From contig DIAS01000068.1 of assembly GCA_002415855.1 (NCBI GenBank), positions 6,484 through 70,483 on the forward strand: 64,000 nt of DNA, written 5' to 3'. A model generated the notes under the pieces. It was not told the DNA's origin. It made no database searches and saw only the letters and a list, made by a program, of their open reading frames with translations. The position numbers and the translations under genes were made by a program. Positions 44,379 through 53,314 of this stretch are shown here, one piece after another; the first letter of the stretch is position 1; each line of letters opens with the position of its first letter. This stretch comes from Bacteroidales bacterium UBA5072 (lineage in GTDB: Bacteria; Bacteroidota; Bacteroidia; Bacteroidales; UBA10428).

Positions 44379-45227
44379 CTAATCGACGGTAGCGGAGAAG
44401 GTATCTCCCTGTTCCAGGTCACCGGTTTTGTACCCTTTCAGGAACCAGCTCTTGCGCTGCTCAGAGGTGCCATGGGTAAATGCATCAGGTACAACATAGC
44501 CCTGCGATTGCATCTGGATACGGTCGTCACCAACTGCCGTGGCGGCATTCATGGCTTCTTCAAGATCCCCCTCCTCCAGCACGTTCTTTGTTCTGTCGGC
44601 ATAGTGTGCCCATACGCCTGCCATAAAATCGGCCTGCAGTTCAAGCCTTACCAGATTCCGGTTGTACTCAGCTTCTGATACCCTGCCGCGCATGTTGTTC
44701 AATTCGTCGGTTATCCCAAGCTGCTTCTGTACATGATGACCAACTTCATGCGCAATGATATAGGCCATGGCAAAATCACCTTCTGCATCAAGCTTCTGCT
44801 GCAGATCCGCCAGAAATGACAGATCAATGTATACCTTTTCGTCTCCGGGACAGTAAAACGGACCGGTGGCGGAGGATGAATACCCGCAGGCCGATTCAAC
44901 CGAATTGCTGAACAAGACCAGTGTGGGTTCCCGATAGGAGCGTCCGTCCTGTGCAAAAATATCATTCCAGATATCTTCCGTATCCTTTAATACAACTGAC
45001 GCAAAATCAGCCAGTTCCTCTTCAGCCTGGACAACCGCCGGATCAGCAGCACCCTCGGTACCCTCTGACTGCAGGTTGTTCATGATCTCGGCAGGATTCC
45101 CGCCAAGTAACCATACAATGATGACAATGGCCAATGTTCCGATGCTGCCACCTGCAATCATCTTGCCGGAACTCATACCACGTCGGTCTTCAACGTTGCT
45201 GCTTTTTTCACGGCCCTTCCAACGCAT
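44379..45227 (-). CDS. YpfJ-family neutral zinc metallopeptidase
   Basis: N-terminus MRWKGREKSSNVEDRRG, one TM segment, and HExxH (IAHEVGHHVQ). Confidence 0.8.
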   Translation of the reverse strand: MRWKGREKSSNVEDRRGMSSGKMIAGGSIGTLAIVIIVWLLGGNPAEIMNNLQSEGTEGAADPAVVQAEEELADFASVVLKDTEDIWNDIFAQDGRSYREPTLVLFSNSVESACGYSSSATGPFYCPGDEKVYIDLSFLADLQQKLDAEGDFAMAYIIAHEVGHHVQKQLGITDELNNMRGRVSEAEYNRNLVRLELQADFMAGVWAHYADRTKNVLEEGDLEEAMNAATAVGDDRIQMQSQGYVVPDAFTHGTSEQRKSWFLKGYKTGDLEQGDTFSATVD

Positions 45228-45289
45228 GACAAGGAATGTTTAAGATAATTCCAGAAAAGAAATCCGACTAAGAACGGATAAGAATGATG

Positions 45290-45364
45290 TGGGCATTACT
45301 GGATTCGAACCAGTGACCCCTACCCTGTCAAGGTAATGCTCTAAACCAACTGAGCTAAATGCCC
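45290..45364 (-). tRNA. tRNA-Val (anticodon GAC)
   Basis: Reverse complement is GGGCATTTAGCTCAGTTGGTTTAGAGCATTACCTTGACAGGGTAGGGGTCACTGGTTCGAATCCAGTAATGCCCA. Acceptor stem GGGCATT/AATGCCC, anticodon loop TTGACAG, T-loop GGTTCGA. Confidence 0.92.
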
Positions 45365-45381
45365 ATCATATAGTAGTGCGA

Positions 45382-45389
45382 CAAAAATA
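45382..45389 (-). promoter_or_regulatory. Bacteroidota -7 box (TATTTTTG) for tRNA-Val(GAC)
   Basis: The minus strand matches TAnnTTTG, 18 nt upstream of the tRNA 5' end. Confidence 0.5.
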
Positions 45390-45469
45390 ACACAAAATTT
45401 TCAAAATCAAATTCCCAACCGGGAATGTAAATAAAATTACATTTTCACGTATACAAAAAAAATGAATGT

Positions 45470-46501
45470 ATGAAAAGGATATATCTTACAGGAGCAGCTG
45501 TCATTGTCATGGTGCTGTGCAGCAGTTCCGCCTGGGTTAAGCTCACCCTTATCAGGCCTTCAGAGCTTGTTATGCCTGAAAATATAAGGACAATCGCCTT
45601 ACTTGACAGGACAAAGCAAGAGGATAATTCCCAGAATAACCTTGAACAGGTTGTTACAGGTGAGTTTTTCAGGCAGGATGAGCAGGCTGTTCTTCAGGTT
45701 GCAGAAGGGTTTATTGATGCCTGTTCCGGCATGAACCGTTTTCAGCTGGTCCGAACAGCTGAAAGGTATACCAGCAATGGCACCAAGACAACCTTTCCTG
45801 AACCACTCGACTGGAATACGGTCTCCGATATCTGTAACAAATACCAGACGGATGCCCTGTTTTCAGTTGAGATCTTTGATACGGATTTTCTGCTTTCGAA
45901 CATGCCGGTCAGGATTGATGTGAAGGATGACCAGGGTAACATTTCTACCAGACTCGAATTTAAGGCAACCGGTGTTGCCGTTATCAACATAGGCATCCGG
46001 CTGTATGATGCGGCTAACAGGGTAATACTCGACGAATATCATACAACCCACCGGCTCAATTTTGACGCTCAGGCAAATACCTTACAGGCTGCCATGAATC
46101 AGTTGCTTGACAAAGTTGAAGCCATTAACCAGGCAAGTTTTGACGCCGGTCTGGTGTACGGACAGCGAATTACTCCTACTTATTACAGGGTTACCCGGTA
46201 TTTCTTTGATAAGCCCAAAAAGGAGCTGGGTGACGGGGTCAGATACTCGGAAGTTGCAGACTGGCAGGGTGCTATCAATTCGTGGCTTGAAGTGGTGGAA
46301 AAGGGCAACCGGAAGGATGCCGGCAGGGCTGCCTACAATATTGCCGTTGCTTACGAAGTACTGGGTGATCTGGAAGAGGCAAAAAAGTGGGCTGCCCGGT
46401 CACACACCGAGTTCGAGGAGAAAGATGCCGATGAGTATTACAGGTTGTTATCCGACCGGATCAGGGAGGAAGAGGTTGTTAAGGATCAACTTCCGGAGTA
46501 A
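45470..46501 (+). CDS. Hypothetical exported/lipoprotein with a C-terminal TPR-like helix pair
   Basis: 343-aa ORF with an N-terminal hydrophobic signal (AAVIVMVLCSSS). The C-terminus is AGRAAYNIAVAYEVLGDLEEAKKWAARS. No catalytic motif was recognised. Confidence 0.45.
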   Translation: MKRIYLTGAAVIVMVLCSSSAWVKLTLIRPSELVMPENIRTIALLDRTKQEDNSQNNLEQVVTGEFFRQDEQAVLQVAEGFIDACSGMNRFQLVRTAERYTSNGTKTTFPEPLDWNTVSDICNKYQTDALFSVEIFDTDFLLSNMPVRIDVKDDQGNISTRLEFKATGVAVINIGIRLYDAANRVILDEYHTTHRLNFDAQANTLQAAMNQLLDKVEAINQASFDAGLVYGQRITPTYYRVTRYFFDKPKKELGDGVRYSEVADWQGAINSWLEVVEKGNRKDAGRAAYNIAVAYEVLGDLEEAKKWAARSHTEFEEKDADEYYRLLSDRIREEEVVKDQLPE

Positions 46502-46507
46502 CAGTAC

Positions 46508-47062
46508 CTATAACTCCCGCTCCCCCCTCTCCACCTGCAAGAAGATCTGTGACAAGATCGCGAGCAGCCTGCTGAAAGAAGCCATGGCAACTTCCGTTTC
46601 CCGGCTCACCGATTGCTTTTTCAGGCGCAGCAGAAGCAATCCATATAACGCATTCAGGCATGTCTCTATGTCACCTGCATCCGGATTGAGGGTTTTATTC
46701 CTGAATTCTTCAATGTAGTCCGATGCTTTCCGGGCTATCTCCTGGTATTGTCTCTCCTCGTCATTGTTTAGCAGGCGGATATGCAGATCTGTCATCTCGG
46801 CCACCAGGGTTTTCAGTATACTTAAATGCCCCCTTTCCCTGATTCCTTCGCGGTACATCATCAACAACAGGTTGGCATACCAATCGCGCACTTCATTCTT
46901 GATCTTTGCCGGCTGGGAATACTGTGAAATAAGGTTCTCTTCGATCAGGTCGATGTTGAACTGATGGGCACGGATCAGGTCTTCCACCTGCCACATATAC
47001 AAGATGTATTCTGCAATATTTGTTTTCCGTTTTTCCTGCGCGATCAGCATCTCAATTGTCAC
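46508..47062 (-). CDS. Conserved hypothetical protein (DUF4924-like, all-helical)
   Basis: 184-aa ORF whose start overlaps the hslR stop by 1 nt. I am not confident about the family name. Confidence 0.45.
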   Translation of the reverse strand: MTIEMLIAQEKRKTNIAEYILYMWQVEDLIRAHQFNIDLIEENLISQYSQPAKIKNEVRDWYANLLLMMYREGIRERGHLSILKTLVAEMTDLHIRLLNNDEERQYQEIARKASDYIEEFRNKTLNPDAGDIETCLNALYGLLLLRLKKQSVSRETEVAMASFSRLLAILSQIFLQVERGEREL

Positions 47063-47445
47063 TAGTGTTTATCAAAAATATTATCCAACAACCTTCTCTC
47101 TTTCTTTGTCGGTCTTCCGGCTCCCCTGTCACGTGTGAAGAAGGCAGTATCTTTTATTTTCAGCTTATCCACTTCCTCAGGGGATGTAAGATCCTCAACA
47201 AATTCCACCACGCGATGTGCCGGTAAGCGATTATGAACCAATTCCTTAACCTTCAGTGTATAAATTACCGGAAGTTTACGGACAAAAATGATTTCTCCCG
47301 TCTTTACTTCGTGCGATGGTTTAACTTCTGATCCATTAATTATGATCCTGCCTTTCTTGCAGGCTTCCGCGGCCATGCTGCGGGTTTTAAACACCCTTAC
47401 CGCCCAAAGCCATTTATCAATCCTGACTTTTTCGGATACTGCCAT
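47062..47445 (-). CDS. hslR: S4-domain RNA-binding protein (heat-shock protein 15-like)
   Basis: RIDKWLWAVRVFKTRSMAAEACKKGRIIINGSEVKPS is a typical S4/Hsp15 N-terminus. Confidence 0.8.
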   Translation of the reverse strand: MAVSEKVRIDKWLWAVRVFKTRSMAAEACKKGRIIINGSEVKPSHEVKTGEIIFVRKLPVIYTLKVKELVHNRLPAHRVVEFVEDLTSPEEVDKLKIKDTAFFTRDRGAGRPTKKERRLLDNIFDKH

Positions 47446-47468
47446 ATGGGAAAATGGTAATTACCCGG

Positions 47469-47476
47469 CAAAGATA
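47469..47476 (-). promoter_or_regulatory. Bacteroidota -7 box (TATCTTTG) for hslR
   Basis: The minus strand matches TAnnTTTG, 24 nt upstream of the ATG at 47445. Confidence 0.4.
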
Positions 47477-47496
47477 GCCAATAAACCATAGTAAAT

Positions 47497-47525
47497 AAAA
47501 AAGACCGTCCTCTGACGGCCTTTTT
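47497..47525. terminator. Bidirectional-looking intrinsic terminator (A6 - hairpin - T5)
   Basis: AAAAAAGACCGTCCTCTGACGGCCTTTTT. The stem is CCGTC/GACGG, extended by G-C and A-T pairs around one mismatch, with loop CTCT. It lies about 175 nt downstream of the GGGPS-like gene and just upstream of the hslR promoter. Confidence 0.5.
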
Positions 47526-47698
47526 CACATTAAACAAAACTACTAACTAAACCAACTTGGGCAAATCTTTATGCTAATTTCTGAGTGTTTCCGAATTACT
47601 GTCTGTTTCTGTTCTGTGTAGGATGATACGCAGACCAGGGAGGGATGTTCGCTTTATTCAACGAACAGGAAAGTAGTGTTGATGAATGCGTGATTTAT

Positions 47699-48445
47699 TT
47701 ACATCAATTGAAATTCATTCCTGATTGCGGTCAGGGACGGCAGTATCCTGTAATCTTCCTCAACGGTTGTTCCTACGACAACGCCGTTAACCCCGGCCTT
47801 ATAAAGGTTCCGGATGTCTCCGGGAGTTCTGATGCCGCCCCCTACTACCAGGGGTATGGTGATATTCTCCTTCACCTGCATTACAATTTCTTCTTTCACC
47901 CGGTCATGGGCCCCGCTTCCGGCTTCGAGGTAAATCATTTTCAGTCCAAGCTGCTCTCCGGCCAGTGCAGTGGCAACAATTATATCCGGTTTATCGGAGG
48001 GTATCGGTCTGGTATTACTGATGTATTCCACAGATGATAAATGATGGCCGTCTATCAGGATGTATCCGGTAGGAATGATTTCCAATCCCGATCGTTTGAT
48101 AAACTGTGAGGCAAGCACGTGGTTCCCTATAAGATATTCAGGATTACGGCCCGACAGCAAAGACATCAGCAGAATACCGTCGGCCCTGGTGCTCAGTTGC
48201 AGCAAATTGCCAGGAAACAACACTACCGGGATATTTGTAATACTTTTAATTGTGATAATGGTCTCATCGATGGGTAAGGAAGTCAGACTGCCACCTGCAA
48301 GGATAACATCAACGCCAGCCCTGGAGGCCATTTCTGCAGTCCTTTTCAATAAATCTCCCCGGCATTTCTCCGGGTCAACCAGCAGGAAGAAGACTTTGCG
48401 CTCCCCGGTAAAAAAAGATTTGTAAATTTCCGCACTCATGGGCAT
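47699..48445 (-). CDS. Geranylgeranylglyceryl/heptaprenylglyceryl phosphate synthase family protein (PcrB/GGGPS-like)
   Basis: 248 aa, TIM-barrel family motifs LLVDPEK, VLFPGN, IYLEAGSGA and VGGGIRTPGD. Confidence 0.8.
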   Translation of the reverse strand: MPMSAEIYKSFFTGERKVFFLLVDPEKCRGDLLKRTAEMASRAGVDVILAGGSLTSLPIDETIITIKSITNIPVVLFPGNLLQLSTRADGILLMSLLSGRNPEYLIGNHVLASQFIKRSGLEIIPTGYILIDGHHLSSVEYISNTRPIPSDKPDIIVATALAGEQLGLKMIYLEAGSGAHDRVKEEIVMQVKENITIPLVVGGGIRTPGDIRNLYKAGVNGVVVGTTVEEDYRILPSLTAIRNEFQLM

Positions 48446-48468
48446 TCAGCTTTTCAATACTACTCCTG

Positions 48469-49101
48469 TTATTTGCAACACCAGACCACCACATAATTTC
48501 CCAGGCTGAAATAATTCAGATCAAAAAGTTCATTTCTGGAACGGTTGTGCACACGACCCTGAATCACTCCTTTATCCAGGGGTTCAAATGCTTCGATCGT
48601 CAGATTATCCTTGAAATTAATATCCTGCTTGTCACAAATCTTGTATAGCGCTTCTTTGGCGCACCAATGAATGTAAAGGTGGTATTTTTTATGCTCCTTA
48701 TCCTGCGTGATCACATCGTTCTCATTGATGAATTTATGTTCGATACTACTGATCCGGTGCGACATGTATTCCAGATCGATACCCACTTTCTTCTGCCGGT
48801 TCAGGATAATCGCCGTCAGGTCGCGGGAATGTGAAATGCTGATGAAGTGTGTATTGCCTTTAATAAAAGGCTTTCTGTTGCCATTATAATATATGGATAA
48901 CTCCTTGTCCGTCATTTCGCTCAACAAAACCCTTACACTCAGCCATTCTATTTTACGGGGCATATGCGTGAACCGCTCCAGCGATTCAAGTTCCTCACGG
49001 CTCAGCGTGATCTTCGAAAGCAATGTATTATAATCTTCGGTAATTTTCCAGATTCCCAGGTGGCAACCGTTATCCAAATGCTCATTTAATACTATAGCCA
49101 T
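48469..49101 (-). CDS. 4'-phosphopantetheinyl transferase superfamily protein
   Basis: GIDLEYM and WCAKEALYK motifs. Confidence 0.75.
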   Translation of the reverse strand: MAIVLNEHLDNGCHLGIWKITEDYNTLLSKITLSREELESLERFTHMPRKIEWLSVRVLLSEMTDKELSIYYNGNRKPFIKGNTHFISISHSRDLTAIILNRQKKVGIDLEYMSHRISSIEHKFINENDVITQDKEHKKYHLYIHWCAKEALYKICDKQDINFKDNLTIEAFEPLDKGVIQGRVHNRSRNELFDLNYFSLGNYVVVWCCK

Positions 49102-49121
49102 GGTGTGTTTGTGTTAATGGG

Positions 49122-49727
49122 TTACTTCCAGTTCAGGGTCTCAATGAGGTGTTCGATATCGGCAGAAAAGAAACTGACAACCGGTGCGAGAGAATCCTTG
49201 TTCGGGATAACATTGAAGTACAAAGCGCCACTCAGAAAATTACGGCTGCTGTCGGTAGCATAAAAGTTAAATGATGAGGCGGTGTTCCCCTTGATATCAT
49301 ATATAATCCCGTATACTTTTCGTTCGGGAAAAGAAAAAGGTTGTTCAATGATATCATCAGCCTTAATGATATGTTTATAGGCAATAGTATGGATATCCTC
49401 GACAAGCATGTCGAGATTATCTTGCAACTCCTTGTAGGTTAAATGAATGGTTCCTTTGTAATCCGGAAAATCGATATTCAGCCAGCAGGGTTCCGGATGG
49501 TTACCCCGATAGGGATCTACTTTGGCATAAACGGGGACTTCAAAGCTGTAACTGCAATCGGACTGGTAAAGGATGTACTTCTTTTCGGGAAAATCGATTC
49601 TGAAATAACTCCTGGGCTTGGGAGTGTAAGCCCTGGTGCACGCGGCAAAAGCCATGATGAGCAAAGTCAGAGCCGAAAGGTATGCAAGGCAACGTTGCCT
49701 GAAGAAACTTCTGTTGTTAATTTTCAT
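49122..49727 (-). CDS. gldD: Gliding motility lipoprotein GldD
   Basis: Lipobox AFAAC followed by PKPRSYFRIDFPEKKY, characteristic of GldD. It lies immediately downstream of gldE with an 11-nt overlap. Confidence 0.75.
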   Translation of the reverse strand: MKINNRSFFRQRCLAYLSALTLLIMAFAACTRAYTPKPRSYFRIDFPEKKYILYQSDCSYSFEVPVYAKVDPYRGNHPEPCWLNIDFPDYKGTIHLTYKELQDNLDMLVEDIHTIAYKHIIKADDIIEQPFSFPERKVYGIIYDIKGNTASSFNFYATDSSRNFLSGALYFNVIPNKDSLAPVVSFFSADIEHLIETLNWK

Positions 49728-51081
49728 GCCTGCTTGTGTCTTTGAGGGTCACCTGAATTTGTTTAATTCGACGCTGGTCAACCGATTTAACAGTGAAGTC
49801 AAATCCCTTGCAGGAAATCACTTCATTCTTTTTCGGCAACTCACCTTTCAGTTCAAGGATTAGCCCTGCCAATGTTTCTGCCTCACCTTTCACATCGTTG
49901 AAGATTTCCTCGTCCGCCCGGATGACCTTGAAAAAATCATTCAGCAACACTTTGGCTTCGAAAAGATAGTTTTCTTCATCCAGCTTTACGTAGAATATCT
50001 CATCATTGTCTGATTCATCAGTGATCTCTCCGACAATTTCCTCCAATATGTCTTCGAGGGTAATAATGCCGGAGGTCCCTCCGTATTCATCTATTACAAC
50101 GGCCATGTGTATCTTTGTTGTCTGAAATTCCTTCAGCAGATCATTTATCATTTTGGTTTCCGGAACATAATAGGGCGGACGCATGATCGACTGCCAGTTG
50201 AAGGAATCGGGCTTGCCGAGAAAGGGTAAAAGATCTTTGATGTAAAGAATACCTTTGATGTTGTCAAGATCCTGGTTGTAAACAGGAATACGCGAATAGC
50301 CCGAATCCACGATAAGCTTGATAAGTTTTTTAAAACGCGTCTGTATGGATACACCAATGATGTCCACCCGGGGCGTCATGATTTCCTGAACATCCATATT
50401 CCCTAACTTGACAATACCCTCCAGTATTTTTTTCTCCTCGGTGATCCCCTGTTGCGTAAGATCAAGGGCATCTGACAGGTCATCAATGGATATCTGTTTC
50501 CCCTGGTGTGAAAACTTTTGCTGAATCCGGGCGGTGGTATTGATCAGCAAAAAATTCAGCGGCCTGCAAACCTTTTCAATCACTTCAAGCGGTGCAGCCA
50601 TAAACCTGGCTACCTTCTCCGAATAACGGATGGCATAAATTTTAGGCAATATTTCACCAAAGAAAACAATCAAGAAAGTAATGGATACTACCTCAATGAT
50701 AAAGCCCATGATCGGGGCATTGGTAAAATCGAAAAGTGAATTGCTGAAGTAGGCGGAAATGACAATAATACCAATATTTACCAGGTTGTTGGTGACCAGG
50801 ATGGTTGCCAGCAACTTTTCGGGCATGCTCAAAAGCTTTTCGATGATCAGGTTGGATTTTGATCTTGTAGATTTGATTGAACTTAGTTCAGTCGGGGATA
50901 ATGAGAAAAAAGCTGCTTCAGCACCTGAAACCAAGGCAGAAAGTACCAGGAGTACCAGAATCGCGATTAGAGCCGCCAACAGGCTCAGGTTAAATGAGTT
51001 TACCGTAAAATCAAACACTGATCCTATTGTTGCCTGGTGATAGGGTTCTTCGTCCAATTCAGCTATCAATTGGTTAATCAA
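49717..51081 (-). CDS. gldE: Gliding motility-associated protein GldE (DUF21 - CBS pair - CorC/HlyC)
   Basis: 454 aa with a 4-TM DUF21 N-domain, tandem CBS domains and a CorC_HlyC C-terminus. It sits in the mutY-ssb-gldE-gldD gene order known from Flavobacterium. Confidence 0.8.
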   Translation of the reverse strand: MINQLIAELDEEPYHQATIGSVFDFTVNSFNLSLLAALIAILVLLVLSALVSGAEAAFFSLSPTELSSIKSTRSKSNLIIEKLLSMPEKLLATILVTNNLVNIGIIVISAYFSNSLFDFTNAPIMGFIIEVVSITFLIVFFGEILPKIYAIRYSEKVARFMAAPLEVIEKVCRPLNFLLINTTARIQQKFSHQGKQISIDDLSDALDLTQQGITEEKKILEGIVKLGNMDVQEIMTPRVDIIGVSIQTRFKKLIKLIVDSGYSRIPVYNQDLDNIKGILYIKDLLPFLGKPDSFNWQSIMRPPYYVPETKMINDLLKEFQTTKIHMAVVIDEYGGTSGIITLEDILEEIVGEITDESDNDEIFYVKLDEENYLFEAKVLLNDFFKVIRADEEIFNDVKGEAETLAGLILELKGELPKKNEVISCKGFDFTVKSVDQRRIKQIQVTLKDTSRHEN

Positions 51082-51089
51082 TGCATAAA

Positions 51090-51524
51090 CTAAAAGGGCA
51101 GGTCATCGCCGACTGCCGGCTCTTCCATTGGTGGTTTATCTGCCGGATGCTGATCCATAGGCTGAGCCTGCACTGCAGATGCACCCGGTTCATCAGCTCT
51201 CTTACCCAGGAGTTGCATTACGTCGGCAACTATCTCGGTAGCATACCTTTTGTTTTTATCCTTGTCCTCCCATGACCGTGTGCGGATCTTCCCCTCAATA
51301 TAGATCTGGCTTCCTTTTTTAACATACTTTTCTGCCACCTCGGCAAGCCCTCTCCACAGAACAACACTGTGCCATTCTGTTGTAGTAACCCGTTCCCCGC
51401 TTTTATTTTTATAAACGTCACTTGTTGCCATCCTCAGCGTGCATACAGGTGTATTATTATCCAAATAACGAACTTCAGGGTCCTGACCGACATGACCCAC
51501 CAAAATGACTTTGTTAACCGACAT
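51090..51524 (-). CDS. ssb: Single-stranded DNA-binding protein
   Basis: The OB-fold N-terminus is [20 protein letters not shown]. The C-terminal region is Pro/Gln-rich and ends in the acidic tip DDLPF. Confidence 0.93.
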   Translation of the reverse strand: MSVNKVILVGHVGQDPEVRYLDNNTPVCTLRMATSDVYKNKSGERVTTTEWHSVVLWRGLAEVAEKYVKKGSQIYIEGKIRTRSWEDKDKNKRYATEIVADVMQLLGKRADEPGASAVQAQPMDQHPADKPPMEEPAVGDDLPF

Positions 51525-51575
51525 AGGATTGGTATTTAAATTCGGGTAAAATTATAAAAAATTATGATTTCACCT

Positions 51576-52640
51576 TTAAAGTATTCCTTCCTGATGCAAA
51601 TCGGCCAGATATTTGTCAATCACCCTCGGTACGGCATATTCCGCTAAGCCTTCAAGCGGAATCTGCTGGTAACGGAAGGCACCACGATCGGGTTCCCGGT
51701 TGATCCTGATCTGATAAAAGCTGCAATGAAGGGTTTGATGTGTCAGCTGATGCCTGTAAGTTCTGGGGTGGAAATCCGCTTCAGGCTGAGTTTTTCCGAA
51801 AATGACCTTCCAGGCAGGCATTGATGTAAGCGTTTCATAATCAACCGGTGTTTCAGATTCGATCAGTGGAAACTCATAGAGTGAATTCCAGATATCGTTG
51901 CCCAGCCTTTTGTTCAGATAAGTATAACCCTTGTGCCGAATAAACAGATAATTGAAAAAACGTGCCTTTGTTTTCACCTTGCCTTCTTTTACCGGGAGGA
52001 CGTTGGTTTTGCCCTCACAATTGGCTTTGCAGAGATGTGACAGCACGCAATGACGGCAATCCGGGTTTCTGGGCAGGCAGATCAATGCCCCGAATTCCAT
52101 CAGCGCCTGGTTATGAATATCCGGTCTTTCACGATTCAGGATCTCTTCAGCCTTCTCTTTAAAGACACGCTTTCCGTAGGGTGAGTCAATCGGATCATGA
52201 ATGCCGTACAATCTTGACAATACCCTGTATACATTGCCATCCACCAAAGCAACAGGTTCCCCGAATGCTATGGATGCTATGGCTGCAGCGGTATAAGTCC
52301 CAACTCCCTTGAGCTTTGCCAATTCCTCGTGTTTCCGAGGGAAAATGCCACCATGGTCGTTTACCACCTTCCTGGCAGTTTCATGCAGATTCCGTGCCCT
52401 GGTATAATAACCCAAACCCTGCCAGAGCTTCAGCACTTCATCCATGGGGGCATTTGCCAGGTCAGTAACCGTGGGAAACCGCTCTACAAACCTGTTGTAA
52501 TAATCAGTTCCTTGAGCAACACGCGTTTGCTGAAGAATAATTTCGGAAAGCCAAATGTGATAAGGGGAATCCGATCTTCGCCATGGTAGATCTCTCCGGT
52601 TCTCCAGGTACCATTTTTCAAGGATTTTTGAAACCAACAT
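51576..52640 (-). CDS. mutY: A/G-specific adenine DNA glycosylase
   Basis: HhH-GPD (LKGVGTYTAAAI), a 4Fe-4S loop (CLPRNPDCRHCVLSHLC) and a NUDIX-like C-domain. Confidence 0.9.
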   Translation of the reverse strand: MLVSKILEKWYLENRRDLPWRRSDSPYHIWLSEIILQQTRVAQGTDYYNRFVERFPTVTDLANAPMDEVLKLWQGLGYYTRARNLHETARKVVNDHGGIFPRKHEELAKLKGVGTYTAAAIASIAFGEPVALVDGNVYRVLSRLYGIHDPIDSPYGKRVFKEKAEEILNRERPDIHNQALMEFGALICLPRNPDCRHCVLSHLCKANCEGKTNVLPVKEGKVKTKARFFNYLFIRHKGYTYLNKRLGNDIWNSLYEFPLIESETPVDYETLTSMPAWKVIFGKTQPEADFHPRTYRHQLTHQTLHCSFYQIRINREPDRGAFRYQQIPLEGLAEYAVPRVIDKYLADLHQEGIL

Positions 52641-52717
52641 CGGTTCTTTTGGAATAAATAATATTAAAAGATTGTCAAAATTAATGGTTTACTATTTTAT
52701 TTATCGAAGGAAATGCT

Positions 52718-52725
52718 TTATATTT
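52718..52725 (+). promoter_or_regulatory. Bacteroidota -7 box (TATATTTG) upstream of the HU gene
   Basis: Matches TAnnTTTG, 55 nt upstream of the ATG at 52780. Confidence 0.5.
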
Positions 52726-52779
52726 GCAACTCAGATTTTTGAAAACATCTAATTTATTGATAATTAAAGAATTTTAACA

Positions 52780-53064
52780 ATGACGAAAGCGGATATTGTA
52801 AACGAAATCTCAAAAAACACCGGGATTGAGAAAATCACTGTCCAGAAGACGGTAGAAGCTTTTATGGAAGCTGTAAAAGACTCTCTAGTAGTAAACAAGA
52901 ACGTTTACCTGAGAGGATTCGGTAGTTTCATTATTAAGAAAAGGGCAAAGAAAACGGCCAGGAATATTTCCAAGAATACCACACTCATCATTCCGGCCCA
53001 TAATATCCCTTCGTTTAAACCTGCAAAAACCTTTGTGAACAAGGTTAAAGCAAACGTTAAATAA
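52780..53064 (+). CDS. HU/IHF-family DNA-binding protein
   Basis: 94 aa with MTKADIVNEISKNTG...LRGFGSFIIKKRAKKTARN...PAHNIPSFKP. Confidence 0.9.
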   Translation: MTKADIVNEISKNTGIEKITVQKTVEAFMEAVKDSLVVNKNVYLRGFGSFIIKKRAKKTARNISKNTTLIIPAHNIPSFKPAKTFVNKVKANVK

Positions 53065-53088
53065 ATTGTCCCTATAAATTAACAGGAA

Positions 53089-53184
53089 ATGCCAAGCGGA
53101 AAGAAGCGTAAGAGACATAAAATGGCTACCCACAAACGTAAAAAGCGTTTGCGGAAGAACAGGCATAAGAAGAAGAACAGATAG
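53089..53184 (+). CDS. Unlisted 31-aa highly basic ORF (possible bS22-like small ribosomal protein)
   Basis: ATG at 53089 to TAG at 53182-53184 encodes MPSGKKRKRHKMATHKRKKRLRKNRHKKKNR (18 of 31 residues are K/R). It starts 24 nt after the HU stop and is followed by a perfect 11-bp-stem terminator. It is below the ORF-track length cut-off. Confidence 0.5.
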   Translation: MPSGKKRKRHKMATHKRKKRLRKNRHKKKNR

Positions 53185-53210
53185 TCTGTAACTAATTCAT
53201 CATAAGCATA

Positions 53211-53248
53211 AATAAACCTAAAGTTGAACCAGTTTCACTTTAGGTTTA
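53211..53248 (+). terminator. Intrinsic terminator after the HU / small-basic-ORF unit
   Basis: Perfect 11-bp stem AAACCTAAAGT (53213-53223) / ACTTTAGGTTT (53236-53246), extendable by 2 A-T pairs, with a 12-nt loop. It is followed by a T-rich tract. Confidence 0.6.
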
Positions 53249-53314
53249 TTATGTTTATTTAATGGCGATCATGCAGCTTTCAAAAATATTCGTTCGTCAT
53301 AATAACGAGGAAAT

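Noticed and set aside
47535-47542. A minus-strand TAGTTTTG match to the -7 promoter consensus.
   Set aside because: Transcription from it would run straight into the terminator hairpin about 10 nt downstream. It is probably a chance match in AT-rich DNA.
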